Assembly: GCF_006345805.1 (NCBI RefSeq)
Contig: NC_043011.1
Coordinates: forward strand, 27,478,464-27,542,463
Direction of reading: 5' to 3'
Source of the DNA: Octopus sinensis
Lineage: Eukaryota
Length of the DNA stretch: 64,000 nucleotides
The position numbers and the translations under genes are program-made. This document shows positions 40,367 through 53,799 of the stretch, one piece after another (within the stretch, counting starts at the first letter, position 1; the number at the start of each line of letters is the position of its first letter). A model generated the notes under the pieces. That model searched no databases, was not told where the DNA came from, and worked only from the letters and a program-made list of their open reading frames with translations.

Positions 40367-41562
40367 TGAATGCGGTGGTTGGGACGGTAGCTGTTATATA
40401 GTTGTTCTTTGTTGATGTGGGGTCTCCTGTTGTGATTTATGGTGTGTGTTCTTGGAGGAGTATTGAGGAGAGCATCCCGATATCCCATATTCGGGTGTGG
40501 TGTTCTAGGAGGCCTTCGTTGGTAATCATTGTAAGTGGTGTGGGTTTGTTGTGCATGGTTGTTTAACCGGTTGATGGGACGGAGATTTCGTTGGTAACTC
40601 TTTTGGGTGGGGATAAGGTTGCAGTGTCTATGCTGTGGGTGTTGATTTATCCTTTCTCTGCTTGAAGTGGGGGTATTCCTGATATTGTAACGCTGGTTGC
40701 TTACAGAGTTAGGGTTAGGTCCTGTATTCTTTTTTTGAAAGTAGTGAAGGTTCCGATTTTTAGACAGGTGTGTATCGGTGTTTGGGTGTTGTTTTGGTTT
40801 TCTTATTTTCTGGAAAGGGTTGTTGGAGGCGTGCTCTGTTTGAAAGACGGCTTCATAGTCTGAGAACCAAATGGCGCTTTTCTCCCAGCGTTGGAGAGAT
40901 TTTAGTTCTTCTTCTTCACAGTCCTCTTTCCATAGTTTGGAGAACTTCTCTTGATCTGGGCCTTGGGTCATTTTGCGAATTTCTTCGTTGATATCTTCAT
41001 CGGTGGATTTTATTTTGTCCTCATTCGTTTGGGCCCTCAATTTCAGAAGTTCTATTTCCATTTTCATTTTTTCCAGTGCCATTCTCTCCCTGAGGTGTCT
41101 TTGTGTTTCAGGTTCCTCTGTAATAGCTTTGAACTGGAATTTCCGTGGGAGGATTAACGGGGTCCGGTTGAGCCATTTTTCGTATATATCCGCTTTGTTG
41201 TTATTTTGGATCATCTTCCAAAAGGCGAACTTTCTATCACTGAGTGATTTGTTCCATTGTGGTATTATGTGGTGTTTCATTTGGTATGTTGTTGGGGTAT
41301 TGATCCCATATATTGACGCGTTTGGAGGTCCTTGGTTAGCGTTGTTAGAGAAAAATGTTCTAATTGTTTCGCATAAGTTTCCAAGGTTTTCAACAATTTC
41401 GGAGGTTGTATTTTTCGTATCTGTTTCCTCATTGTTCTCTCGATTGGGTTGATGTGTCGCGTCGAATTTGTTCAAAAATGTTGACAAATTTGTGTTGATT
41501 TTCTTGAGTTCTTTCAGTATTTCTTCATTTATGGAGGTGATTGTGTCTGTTTTTGTCGGCAT
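40327..41562 (-). CDS. PLE1 ORF1, 411 aa from the first ATG, coiled-coil protein of unknown function
   Basis: uninterrupted ORF (track 40327..41613 starts at GTG); heptad-like ERMALEKMKMEIELLKLRAQ; Trp-rich middle; basic N/Q/R/P-rich C-terminus. Confidence 0.8.
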   Translation of the reverse strand: MPTKTDTITSINEEILKELKKINTNLSTFLNKFDATHQPNRENNEETDTKNTTSEIVENLGNLCETIRTFFSNNANQGPPNASIYGINTPTTYQMKHHIIPQWNKSLSDRKFAFWKMIQNNNKADIYEKWLNRTPLILPRKFQFKAITEEPETQRHLRERMALEKMKMEIELLKLRAQTNEDKIKSTDEDINEEIRKMTQGPDQEKFSKLWKEDCEEEELKSLQRWEKSAIWFSDYEAVFQTEHASNNPFQKIRKPKQHPNTDTHLSKNRNLHYFQKKNTGPNPNSVSNQRYNIRNTPTSSRERINQHPQHRHCNLIPTQKSYQRNLRPINRLNNHAQQTHTTYNDYQRRPPRTPHPNMGYRDALLNTPPRTHTINHNRRPHINKEQLYNSYRPNHRIHFLDPIRKHRDTR

Positions 41563-41675
41563 TTCCTGTATCTCGTGTGGGTTAATGATATGTATAAGGG
41601 TGGAAAGGAACACACGAGTTGATATATATGAAAAAACAAGTCAAAAATAGAAAATGCTAAGATGATTTTATAGTG

Positions 41676-41728
41676 AATCTTTCAGTACCGGTTTCGGTCA
41701 TTTTGAGACCTTTTCAACTGTAACGATT
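41676..41728 (-). ncRNA. minimal type I hammerhead motif, PLE1 5' pLTR
   Basis: identical to 37441-37493. Confidence 0.75.
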
Positions 41729-42230
41729 AAATAATTAAATTTAGAAAAATTTAGAAAAATTAGAAGAAAGATTTTTTTAAAGGAATACTTCCATAGTAGT
41801 GTTCAGATATAGGTGGCATTCTGCCTTTCTCTGACTCCCTTGTTTGCACTTGTGTATTCGAGGTCGTTGTGAGTTCTTGAGGGGGTGGGAGTGGGAAAAT
41901 CTGAGCTGGTCAGTGGCGACCGGCAGTCGCTGCGTAGGCGTTATACTTAAAGACATTAGTGACAAGGTTAAGGGGTCGAAGGTGGAGAAGTAGAAGAAGA
42001 AGAAGAAAATGACGGTGCCGATGATGATGACGATGAAGAAGAAGAAGGAGAAGGAGAAGATGACGATGATGATGGTGGTGATGACGACGACGACGATGAT
42101 GATGACATCCCAAATCAAAGAAAAACTTACAACCAAAAGCCTTACCATACATCTCCACACACAACCCTCTGAATAACGAAGCCTTCGGCACCATCCTCCA
42201 CAACATACCCCTCCTAAAAAAAACCACAGA

Positions 42231-42758
42231 ATGAACACAATCCTCCAAACACACACGATCATAAAAAGCAAAAGACAGCCTAGATCCATGAAAAGTCTCC
42301 TAACACAAGCCCGAATTCACTCTTCAACACAGAAGCCGACAGTAAAAAAATGTGGAAGACCCAATTGCGGGATATGCGACTATCTAATCGAGGGTTCTGA
42401 GTTTTCCTTCAAACAGGGACAACGGTTTACAGTGAAAAGCAACTTCACATGTGCTTCGGAGAACCTAATATACTCACTAACCTGCTCCGGGTGTCAAGAG
42501 CAGTACATAGGCCAAACAAAAAATGGTTTGCGTAAACGAATGGCCCTGCACAGATCCCAGATAAAAATTCCCCAAAACAGAAAACTAGCTTTTAGCCAAC
42601 ACATAGATACTTGCGCCAACAAAAAAACACCAAACTTCAGAATTTTCCCCCTCTACCAATTTAGGGACGATACAACCTCGAGACAACTAATAAGTAAAGA
42701 AAATCTCTTTATTATAAAATACAGGCCACTTCTTAACGGGTCTACGACAAACAATTAA
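42231..42758 (+). CDS. intact GIY-YIG endonuclease segment in the inverted PLE1 copy (5'-truncated ORF2)
   Basis: 175-aa ORF KKCGRPNCGIC...LIYSLTC..C..QYIGQT..LRKRMALH...KENLFIIKYRPLLN. Confidence 0.8.
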   Translation: MNTILQTHTIIKSKRQPRSMKSLLTQARIHSSTQKPTVKKCGRPNCGICDYLIEGSEFSFKQGQRFTVKSNFTCASENLIYSLTCSGCQEQYIGQTKNGLRKRMALHRSQIKIPQNRKLAFSQHIDTCANKKTPNFRIFPLYQFRDDTTSRQLISKENLFIIKYRPLLNGSTTNN

Positions 42759-43310
42759 TATACCTCAACTTAAGAATAAAAGAAATATATATACACACAC
42801 AAATATTACATTCCATAGAATCCATTACTAATCGCCCCATCACAGCTATATCTTCACCCATTCATATTCTCCCTTCTCTGTTTTTTTTTCTTCTTCTTCC
42901 TCTTCTTCTTCATCATCATCATTATCATCATCATCGTCGTCGTCGTCATCACCACCATCATCATCGTCATCTTCTCCTTCTCCTTCTTCTTCTTCATCGT
43001 CATCATCATCGGCACCGTCATCTTCTTCTTCTTCTTCTTCTTCTTCTACTTCTCCACCTTCGACCCCTTAACCTTGTCACTAATGTCTTTAAGTATAACG
43101 CCTACGCAGCGACTGCCGGTCGCCACTGACCAGCCCAGATTTTCCCTCTCCCACCCCCTCAAGAACTCACAACGACCTCGAATACACAAGTGCAAACAAG
43201 GGAGTCAGAGAAAGGCAGAATGCCACCTATATCTGAACACTACTATGGAAGTATTCCTTTAAAAAAATCTTTCTTCTAATTTTTCTAAATTTTTCTAAAT
43301 TTAATTATTT

Positions 43311-43363
43311 AATCGTTACAGTTGAAAAGGTCTCAAAATGACCGAAACCGGTACTGAAAGATT
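43311..43363 (+). ncRNA. minimal type I hammerhead motif, inverted PLE1 copy
   Basis: same motif on plus strand; predicted cleavage after A43353. Confidence 0.75.
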
Positions 43364-43416
43364 CACTATAAAATCATCTTAGCATTTTCTATTTTTGACT
43401 TGTTTTTTCATATATA

Positions 43417-44195
<779 letters not shown>

Positions 44196-45121
44196 GTTCA
44201 TATATGCAAGTAAATATATATGCATTACGTATGTATATATGAAGTGTAATTTCCTTATTACTCTCTGTCTTTCTGTCTATGTATATGTGTGTGTGTGTGC
44301 GCATATATGTGAGTGATAACTTGCCGTATCCCTTCACTAAATATCCATCAAGCTCATAAACAATCGCCTGCAAAGGCAAATGCTCAAATATTCATAGATT
44401 CCTATATCTAACTCAAAACAACAAATAGTAGAAATGTCAGACGCTTCTGTTGACATAGCCCCACGTAATTTAAACATTTCCAAATTATTATTGATCGGAG
44501 GAAGAGAAATGACATTTTATTACGAACTGTTTATTCGATGCGGTCTTAAATAACAGGATATTGCCGTTTATCATCTCTGCGTTATATTGCTATACATTTT
44601 AGAACTATATATGTATGTAGGTTTAATTATATGTATGTATATATGTATATACGTAGAGATGTATGTCTGCATCTAAGAGTGTATGTCTATATATGCTATG
44701 TATGTTATATGTGTGCGCATGTATGTGTGAATTTGTATATACATACATAGTCACAATTGTAAGTCATTATAAATACATAAAATTCTGTATATATTTAGAT
44801 AATTCTATATATATAATATATATGTGTATCATTAAACATACATAGATACATACATACTTAAACACACACGTACACAGACGTATATAGGCATACGTACAGA
44901 TAATCATATACAAATATAAACATTAAAATTATATATGTGTATAGATACATGTATGGGTGTATGCGAACGTAAATATATATATATATATATACACATGTGC
45001 GTGTGAGTGTGTGTATGTGTGTGTGTGTGTCCCAATATATACATTTAGATATTTGGCTGAAACAAGTAAAAGAGTAAAAGAGTAAAAGAGTATATATTTA
45101 TGTCCATCTATATATATACAA

Positions 45122-45237
<116 letters not shown>

Positions 45238-45564
45238 GGAAAGAGAGTAGGAGGGAGAGAGTTAGAGTGAATGAAGGTCTGATAGGGAGAGATGCAAAGA
45301 AACCATTTAAACGGAATAAAGGTGTACTGATGAGGGAGCGTATGCAAATTAATTCTGATATTAGAGAAAATATAAATTAATTTTCATGTTTGTAGAGAAA
45401 TCATATTAAGTTTATTGAAACAAACGTCTTGCGTCGATATCAAACCGATGATTGCTTTATGTAGGAATTATTTACAGCCACACACATTTATAGACACATT
45501 CACACACATACACTCACACACACAAACACACTAGCACACTCGCTTACCAGTGTGTGTGCATGTA

Positions 45565-45605
<41 letters not shown>

Positions 45606-45609
<4 letters not shown>

Positions 45610-45934
45610 AATTGCAGCGTGGAAGGTGTTTATAAGCCATTTAAGAAACACACAAAAGCCGTTCGATTCACTCCAACATTTAAGTTTAATTTGTCAAAAT
45701 ATTTTCGTCGCTAAAATCCGCGACCTGTTCACTGAGATGCAGCACGGACTTTGTCACTGAACAGGTCGCGGATTTTAGCGACGAAAATATTTTGACAAAT
45801 TAAACTTAAATGTTGGAGTGAATCGAACGGCTTTTGTGTGTTTCTTAAATGGCTTATAAACACCTTCCACGCTGCAATTGTTTTCGTTTCAGCACACGAT
45901 CTCAGATCAAATTACTTGCTATGCGAGTACATCT

Positions 45935-45937
<3 letters not shown>
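45606..45937. repeat. 126-bp perfect inverted repeat (PLE pseudo-LTR-like) with a 54-nt one-sided tail
   Basis: 45606-45731 is the reverse complement of 45758-45883; HHR-like fold at 45751-45798; (TA)n on both flanks. Confidence 0.85.
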
Positions 45938-45989
<52 letters not shown>

Positions 45990-46056
45990 TGAGACAGTTG
46001 GTGTGTGAAAGCACGTGGTTGAATATATAGAAAATAGTAAAAAGTGAAAGAACTAC

Positions 46057-47475
46057 TAGTTAATTTATATACCAGTATACCTCATAATTATGGACTAGAG
46101 GCAATACAGTTCTGGCTGGACCAATTTCCGGCAGAAATACCAAAAAGGATCAGTAAAGAATTCATTACTAAATCGCTTGAATTCATCCTAAATAATAACC
46201 ACTTCATGTTTGACAATACATTTTACCGTCAAAAATCCGGAATTGCTATGGGTACAAGGGCAGCACCAGTCATTGCGAACCTAACAATGGGCTACATGGA
46301 AATAATTATTTACCAGGAATCTTTATCAACCTTTGGAAACCCCCTCTCTCAATACACAAAAGAGAATTGGAAACGATTCCTGGACGATTGTTTTATACTC
46401 TGGAATGAAAACACAGATAAACTCCTAAAATTCAAAAACCTATTGAACAGCATCAACCCAAATATACAGTTCACAATGGAATACAACCAAAAGGAGCTCC
46501 CAATCTTAGATATACTAATTAAAAAAATTAACCTTAAAATAGAAACAGACATTTTTTACAAAGCCACAGACGCCAAACAATACCTACTTTTTGATTCATG
46601 CCACCCAAGACACACTAAAACAAACATCCCTTTCAACCTTGCAAGAAGAATATGCACAATAGTGTCAGAACAAAATACCAGGAACTTTAGACTACAATAA
46701 CTCAAAAACACCCTAATTGACAGACACTACCCACCTCAACTTATAGAGGATGGGATCAGAAATCGACATAGAAACTTTGAGAAAAGTTCAACACAACAAC
46801 ACACCTTCCCCGAAAATACTGCCTTACATATCCACATACAACCCCAGAAACAAAGAAGCCTTCACCATCATCACCCAGAATTTGCCAATACTTCATAAGG
46901 ACCCCAAATTAAAGGAAATTCTAAACATACATAAAATCATTAAAAGCTACAAACAACCTAAATCACTTAAAAAGATTCTCACAAAGGCAAAATTGCTTTC
47001 TGAAATTACGGATGCAAAAGTAAAAAAATGTGGTAGAACAAACTGTGCAACATGCCCAGACCTTCTAGAAGGATCAGAATTCCTCTTCAAAGAGGGACAA
47101 AAATTCAAGATCAAATCTAATTTTACTTGTGCCTCTGAAAACATAATTTATGTCATAAGATGCTCGGGCTGCCACCAAAACTTCGTGGGGTCCACGGGAC
47201 TATCACTCAGACGTAGATGCACACTGCATCGACAACAAATTGCATTCCCAGAATACAGAATGATTCCCTTTAGTGAGCACATTGAGAAATGCGCAATGCA
47301 ACTACTACCACAATTTTTAATCTTTCCATTTTATCAATGTGCTATAGAAACACCAACACAAATTAGACTAAACAAGGAAACATTCTTCATTGAAAAATAT
47401 AAGCCCAAACTTAACCATTCTAACATTCTTATACAAAGAAACTCACCCTTTTTAAAAAAAGGCAAGAAATTTTAA
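46057..47475 (+). pseudogene. PLE3 RT + GIY-YIG (stop at 46698-46700, frameshift near 46750)
   Basis: VNLYTSIP; GIAMGTRAAP; WKRFLDDCF; NIIYVIRCSGCHQNFVGST. Confidence 0.9.
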
Positions 47476-47571
47476 GCGATTATCTACCTTACACCGGAAG
47501 AAATCACTTATTACCTCCTCTTACCTGGAACTCTTCTTTACACTTCTTAACGAACGAAATCATAACAATGT

Positions 47572-47619
47572 TTTGAGAAATTTGAAAAAGTTATACACGA
47601 AACCGGTAATTTCTTCAAA
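47572..47619 (+). ncRNA. minimal hammerhead-like motif (U3-A8, weak helix II)
   Basis: gaaat ttgaaaa a gt tatac ac gaaa ccgg ta atttc. Confidence 0.55.
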
Positions 47620-47731
47620 AACTATGTCACTGTATGAAAAAAATTTATAACATTCTTCTGACATATTGACTCAAATATATATTTTTTAACCTTTTAAAAC
47701 AAGCCTTCTGTAGTTCTTTCACTTTTTACTA

Positions 47732-47779
<48 letters not shown>

Positions 47780-47849
47780 TATATATATATATATATATAC
47801 ATTAAACATGTATACTTTATATATGTATAATATTCTTTTACTTTTATAT

Positions 47850-48258
47850 TCTCTTACTTCTTTCTGTAACTTGACCGTGGTCATGCTTGAGCACCGCCTT
47901 TAGTCGAAAAAATCGACCCCAGGACTTATTCTTTTTAGAATAAACCTAGTACTTATTCTATGCGTCTCTTTTGCCGAACCGCTATTTAATGGGGACGTAA
48001 ATACACTAACTACGGTTGTCAAGCGATGGTCAGAGGACAAACACAAACACAAAAATACATAAATACACACACACACACACACATATATATGTGTGTGTAT
48101 ATATACACACATATATATATATATAGGCCTCTTTCAGTTCCCGTCTACCAAATCAACTTACTAGTCTTTGGTCGGCCTGCTGCTATACTAGAAGACATCT
48201 GCTCAAGGTGAAACCGCAACTAAATGGTTGGCAAACAAGCTTCTTACGACACAACCAA
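47850..48258 (-). mobile_element. SINE family B
   Basis: diverged match to the 2576 copy. Confidence 0.75.
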
Positions 48259-48683
48259 GTTATATATATATATATATATATAAATGCATATATATATATT
48301 TTTTATAAAATATATATAATATGTATATTTAAGGCAGTCCTGCAGCTTAGTCGCAGTCATATAACTGAAACAGGTAAAAAAGTAAAAGAATACCAGACAC
48401 ATAAAATATATATTTATTATATATACTATATATAGTCATGAGAAAAGAAAACATGACAATATTTGTTTATTTTTTGTAATTTGTTTGTTTTTAATTTTAA
48501 AGTTAGATAAATGTATTATTAAGGTTATGATAAATGTGTTATTATGATTAATGACGCCGAATATATCCGAATGAGACTAACTTAGAATGTTTTTGGTAAA
48601 AGAATATGAGTATTGTAACTGTCTTATTTTTCATAACTATAATTAGTTTTGCACCCCACTCTTCTGTATAATAACTATTTACC

Positions 48684-48840
<157 letters not shown>

Positions 48841-48991
48841 ATGTATATATACATATATATAACATATGTATATATGTATATAAATATATATACATATATA
48901 TATATATAAATATATAAATACATATATATATATAAATATGTATATATATATATAAAACATATGTATATACTACATTTATACTTCATATGAC

Positions 48992-49025
<34 letters not shown>

Positions 49026-49229
49026 ATATAATTGAAAATGAAGAGAAGAGTGGAGATTTATTGATTTCCAAAACTTTTTATTAAAAAAGTTTTCCATAGT
49101 ATATATAACGATCACCAACATATGTTTCAATGGCAGCACCTACACATTGCTCAGTATGCAATTGTGCATCCTAGTCGCTGCAATTTCATCAAAGGCCCAA
49201 CACTTAGGACGTTTTCAAAATGAACTCCT

Positions 49230-49356
49230 ATGTGTATAATATATAAGGCATGTGTAAAATTTGAATGAAATTGGTTGTGTAGTTCTCAAGTTTTAGGGTA
49301 ATACACAGACAGACAAACAGACAGACACACATTCTCAGTTTTATATATAGAGAGAT
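49230..49356 (+). mobile_element. Helitron-like 3' end
   Basis: (CAGA)n then cagttttatatatagagagat, as at 9491. Confidence 0.45.
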
Positions 49357-49374
49357 ATCTATAATTTATATGAT

Positions 49375-50786
49375 GCTAGCAGGAGTGCCCAGCGTTGCTC
49401 GGGTATTAAATACTCGGCAATGGTTCTGCCATTTTTTCGTTGTACATCTCTTTGAATATTTTGTTGCGTTAAGATGCAAACATTGACATTGAGGAAGAAG
49501 TGATTTTTCCCACGTGGCATTTATTAGTTGAACAAGCAAACGCCGGAAGAGGTGCTCGAAGTTTGGGTAATGGAAGTGGAGGGAAATGTTTACAAATCGC
49601 ACAGCGTCTTGCAATCACAGGCATTTTATGTTATTAGGTTGGTGCTGAGAGGATATTCTCTAATTATGGGGGGATTGGTGTAAAAGGCGCGAACTAAGTG
49701 CTATTAGTCATTTTTGTACGCGAAGGCGTAAGTGAGAGTGGAAGTTTGACTTAGACCTAGTCCTCTGCAAAATGGTAAGGCTATTGGAGGGGGTAGGGGG
49801 AGTGGCCATGTTTTGCAGTTTTCTGTAGAACCCGGATGCACAGGGACAAAAGAAATAATTTTCAGAAATAACGCAACATAGCAGTTCTTTTGCGACAAAA
49901 AGCAAACAAAAACAAAATCGGGCGTTCCTTCAAACAACTTACTTGGGTATAACTCTGCAAAAATGCGAAAAGATGATGTTTCACTGTATTTCGTAGATTT
50001 GTCGCAAGTAAAATATATATATTAACCAAAAATAGTTTTAAACTATTGTTGAATCACCTGTAATGTTCATGTAAGATTTCGACGAATTCGGTAAAAAATG
50101 AGTGGTATAAGGGCAAATAACCGGTTTTCTACTCAGCTTTTCGCAATTGTTGGTCATATGCGGATGAATTCTGTGCAAATCGGAGTCTCCTAACGTTATC
50201 CTACGGATGAGTAAATAGTGTGTAAAGTTTGAATGTAATCAACCGAATCAGTGAGAAATCTTTGAAGATTTAAAGAGGAAAAAAGTGTATAAAATCGATT
50301 TTTTCCCAGTTTTCGCTGTTTTGTGTTGCACAGGAATGCCTCTGGACATAGAACTGATACTTGATAGAACGACCATCATATGGCAGACTTTTAACTGTAA
50401 AAACCAAGGAAATCGGACATTCCAGTAAAAGGTTTTCTACCGTGCGAAAAATCGATTATTTCAGTTTTTCGTAATTTTCTTGAGAATCAGAGGCCCCAAG
50501 GCAGTACCAAAATATTTGTCTGAAACGTCGCATCATGACGTTCCTTTTGATATTAAATTTATAAAATTCGGACGTTCCTGTAACAGCTTTTCTCGCGTGC
50601 AGCTTTTGGCAGTTTTATCGATTACTCTCCTAAAAGGGGTATCTCTAGGCATTGGTAATGCAGTAGTGGTTTGCCTGGGTAAATTTGTCATTTAATAAAA
50701 CTAATTTCCTCAAAATCAGATGAAAGATGTAGAAACGCATAAAAAGTATTTACATACACATACACACATACATTTTGAGTTTTCAA
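49375..50786 (+). mobile_element. long non-autonomous Helitron-like element
   Basis: 5' ctagcaggagtgcccagcgttgctcggg; repeated aagttt..aat(c)gg-type motifs; (CATA)n-ttttgagtttt end interrupted by a MITE. Confidence 0.4.
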
Positions 50787-50788
50787 TA

Positions 50789-51259
50789 CGGAGCAAATAA
50801 TTTACGAGAAAAATAATTCACGAAAAAGTAACTTGCGAAGATATCATTGACTTTGTAATTATCTACTGTAATAATTAAAAAATGATAATAACAGAATTAA
50901 TAATATAGGCGATTGCAGGCCTCCCAAAAGCATTAAATAGCTGAAGGATTAAAATTAATTAAAGGACATAAAGTATGTTACCGTTTGCCTTCGAACACTT
51001 GATTTCTGTAGTTATTATCAGTGTATTTTGACAATTATATAAGTGTTTTGACTGTTATTTCCAGCGGGAGACACACGTAGATCTCCGTTGATTAATTTTA
51101 GTCCTTCAGCTATTTAATGCATTTTTTGGGGCCTGCAATCGCCTATATAATTGATTCTGTTATCATTTTAAAATTGTTACACTAGATAATAACAGAGCCG
51201 ATGATACCTTCGCAAGTTATTTTTTCGTGAAATATTATTCTCGAAAATTATTTGCTCCG
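50789..51259. mobile_element. Tc1/mariner-type MITE, copy 1
   Basis: TA|cggagcaaataat...attatttgctccg|TA; about 190-bp imperfect TIRs. Confidence 0.85.
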
Positions 51260-51621
51260 TATATATATATATATATATAATTATGTTTAAGAGAATACTA
51301 AAAATTTCCAGGCGATATACAGAAAGTAGACGCTAAATCGTCTCACCACTTTAAAATTCACAAAATTACACACGTGTTGAAATTGAGGGAGGACGCCAGT
51401 GGCAATTAATAACAATTTAGATAACACAGGATTAGCTCTTTACTGGATTTGCCCCTTAGCTTTTCTCATACAGGAAATAAATTAAATATTTATACATACC
51501 CGGCTAGAAAGTTTTTTCTGTGCCCTTAATGATAATTATATATATGATGATTTCACCTTAATCAGTCTATGTTATATATGTTAGCCACTGATAAAAACAC
51601 ACACTCACACATGTGTAAATA

Positions 51622-51670
<49 letters not shown>

Positions 51671-51759
51671 CCTGGACATTTTTAGTATTCTCTTAAACAT
51701 AATTATATATATATATACACACATATATATACATATATATACATATATATATATATATA

Positions 51760-52235
51760 CGGAGCAAATAATTTCGAGAATAATATTTCACGAAAAAATA
51801 ACTTGCGAAGGTATCATCGGCTCTGTTATTATCTAGTGTAACAATTTTAAAATGATAACAGAATCAATTATATAGGCGATTGCAGGCCCCAAAAAATGCA
51901 TTAAATAGCTGAAGGACTAAAATTAATCAACGGAGATCTACGTGTGTCTACCCGCTGGAAATAACAGTCAAAACACTTATATAAATTGTCAAAATACACT
52001 GATAATAACTACAGAAATCAAGTGTCCGAAGGCAAACGGTAGACATACTTAGTATGTCCTTTAATTAATTTTAATCCTTCAGCTATTTAATGCTTTTTGG
52101 GAGGCCTGCAATCGCCTATATTATTGATTCTGTTATTATTATTTTTTAATTATTACAGTAGATAATTACAAAGTCAATGATATCTTCGCAAGTTACTTTT
52201 TCGTGAATTATTTTTCTCGTAAATTATTTGCTCCG
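51760..52235. mobile_element. same MITE, inverted copy 2
   Basis: near-identical reverse complement of copy 1. Confidence 0.85.
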
Positions 52236-52326
52236 TATTGAAAACTCAAAATGTATGTGTGTATGTGTATGTAAATACTTTTATATATATATATATATAC
52301 ACACATATATATACACATATATATAC

Positions 52327-52388
<62 letters not shown>

Positions 52389-53799
52389 ATATGTATATAT
52401 GATTAATTTTGAAATGTATTTGTGTACGTTTGATTCATTTGGAATTACCATCGCTCTATACTACTGGCTCGTTACTCTTTTTCATATGTGCAGACATAAG
52501 TATATGAATATGCGATCCTGCAGAGCTCTGTGTCATGAAATTGGCGAAGCAGTAGATGGAAGGTGAGATTAGATTCTATTGATACTCAGAAGGATTATTT
52601 ACTCGTGAGACATGTGGGCAGTGATCTCATGCTGGTAGAATCCAAACAATTTATCATCGTTATTGAGGTTAATGCTACAAAAACTGATGCACGTCTGTGT
52701 ATTTAATGACTGCCAGTTAATTTACATTGTTATACTGCAATGCTCTCATGGCCTAGTGAAAATAAAAGATATATTCCCTCTCCGATATGTCAATAGGGCT
52801 AATTTGGAACTGATGAATACCTATACTCAAGCAATTGACTAAGTTTATCACCAGTTTTACGAGATTTATATGAAATATTCTTTGATTCGTTCACAGTATT
52901 AAATAACCCAATTTATCGCAGGCTGACTGAATATTTGCTCTCTGTACAGCATGGTTATGAGCTTTAACCCGTACCCCTCTCATTTGATATCTCATTGCAA
53001 CCATGCTGATTTGTTTGTATAGGTTTTCAAAGTCGTTATAATGAAATGCATGCAACGTCAACCTTGTAGTATATGGTATGATCATTGAAAATCCATTGAT
53101 TCCCTGAATCCAAAAGTTGATTTTCAAAAGTTCTCCCTTTGTAAGGTTCTGAGTAAACAGTAGAATACGTATTGACTTTCCTTGCATGATACAGTTGCAT
53201 AGAACAGAGAGTAATGAATGAGATCAAACTGAATATGTGTGAGAAATATGACCGCAATGTTCAGAAAAGTAAATTTGTATGGAAATTTGAATTACACTGA
53301 AATTCCATAGAAGTAGATATGATGTTGTTATTGATAAGCAAAAGTCTAATGCTAGCCTCTAGTCTGTCAACAACTATTTTATCATTTTAGGGTCGAGAAG
53401 TAACTATAATGCCATGGTCCCGTACCATGGGTAATTTTTTATTATTATTTAGAGGGGAATATAAACACAAAGATTCAGTTCACAATTTCGAATTGTAACA
53501 ATCTTCACTCAGGATAAGTTATTTCTAATTTACTATCGAGACTAATGACTAACACATCCAGTACTCCACAGTTCGTTACATCTAATTTGGTGGAGTAGCT
53601 CATAACGAATTTCCTTAATTAGGTGAACATTAGGTTACTTAATGTAATAGATATGGTTGTTTTAACTGAAAGCAACATATTACTTACATTTTGTTAAGTT
53701 AATTTAATATATTGTCGTTAGAAAGTTAATTAGTATTAATTATACTATAAAGGAATTATGAATATTAGTAAATAATTGATGATATAAATTAACTCGACA

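Larger units (their letters stand above)
45988..47737 (+). mobile_element. 5'-truncated PLE (PLE3) with short inverted 3' end
   Basis: 46029-46056 is the reverse complement of 47710-47737, preceded by a 41-nt tail; (TA)n and (CT)n(TA)n flanks. Confidence 0.92.

Noticed and set aside
40770-41650. Plus-strand ORFs (159, 73, 68 and 60 aa) opposite ORF1
   Set aside because: Antisense shadows of an A-rich coding strand.
41777-42289. 170-aa ORF across the inversion junction
   Set aside because: Chimera of antisense PLE sequence and a (CAT/CTT)n tract created by the junction.
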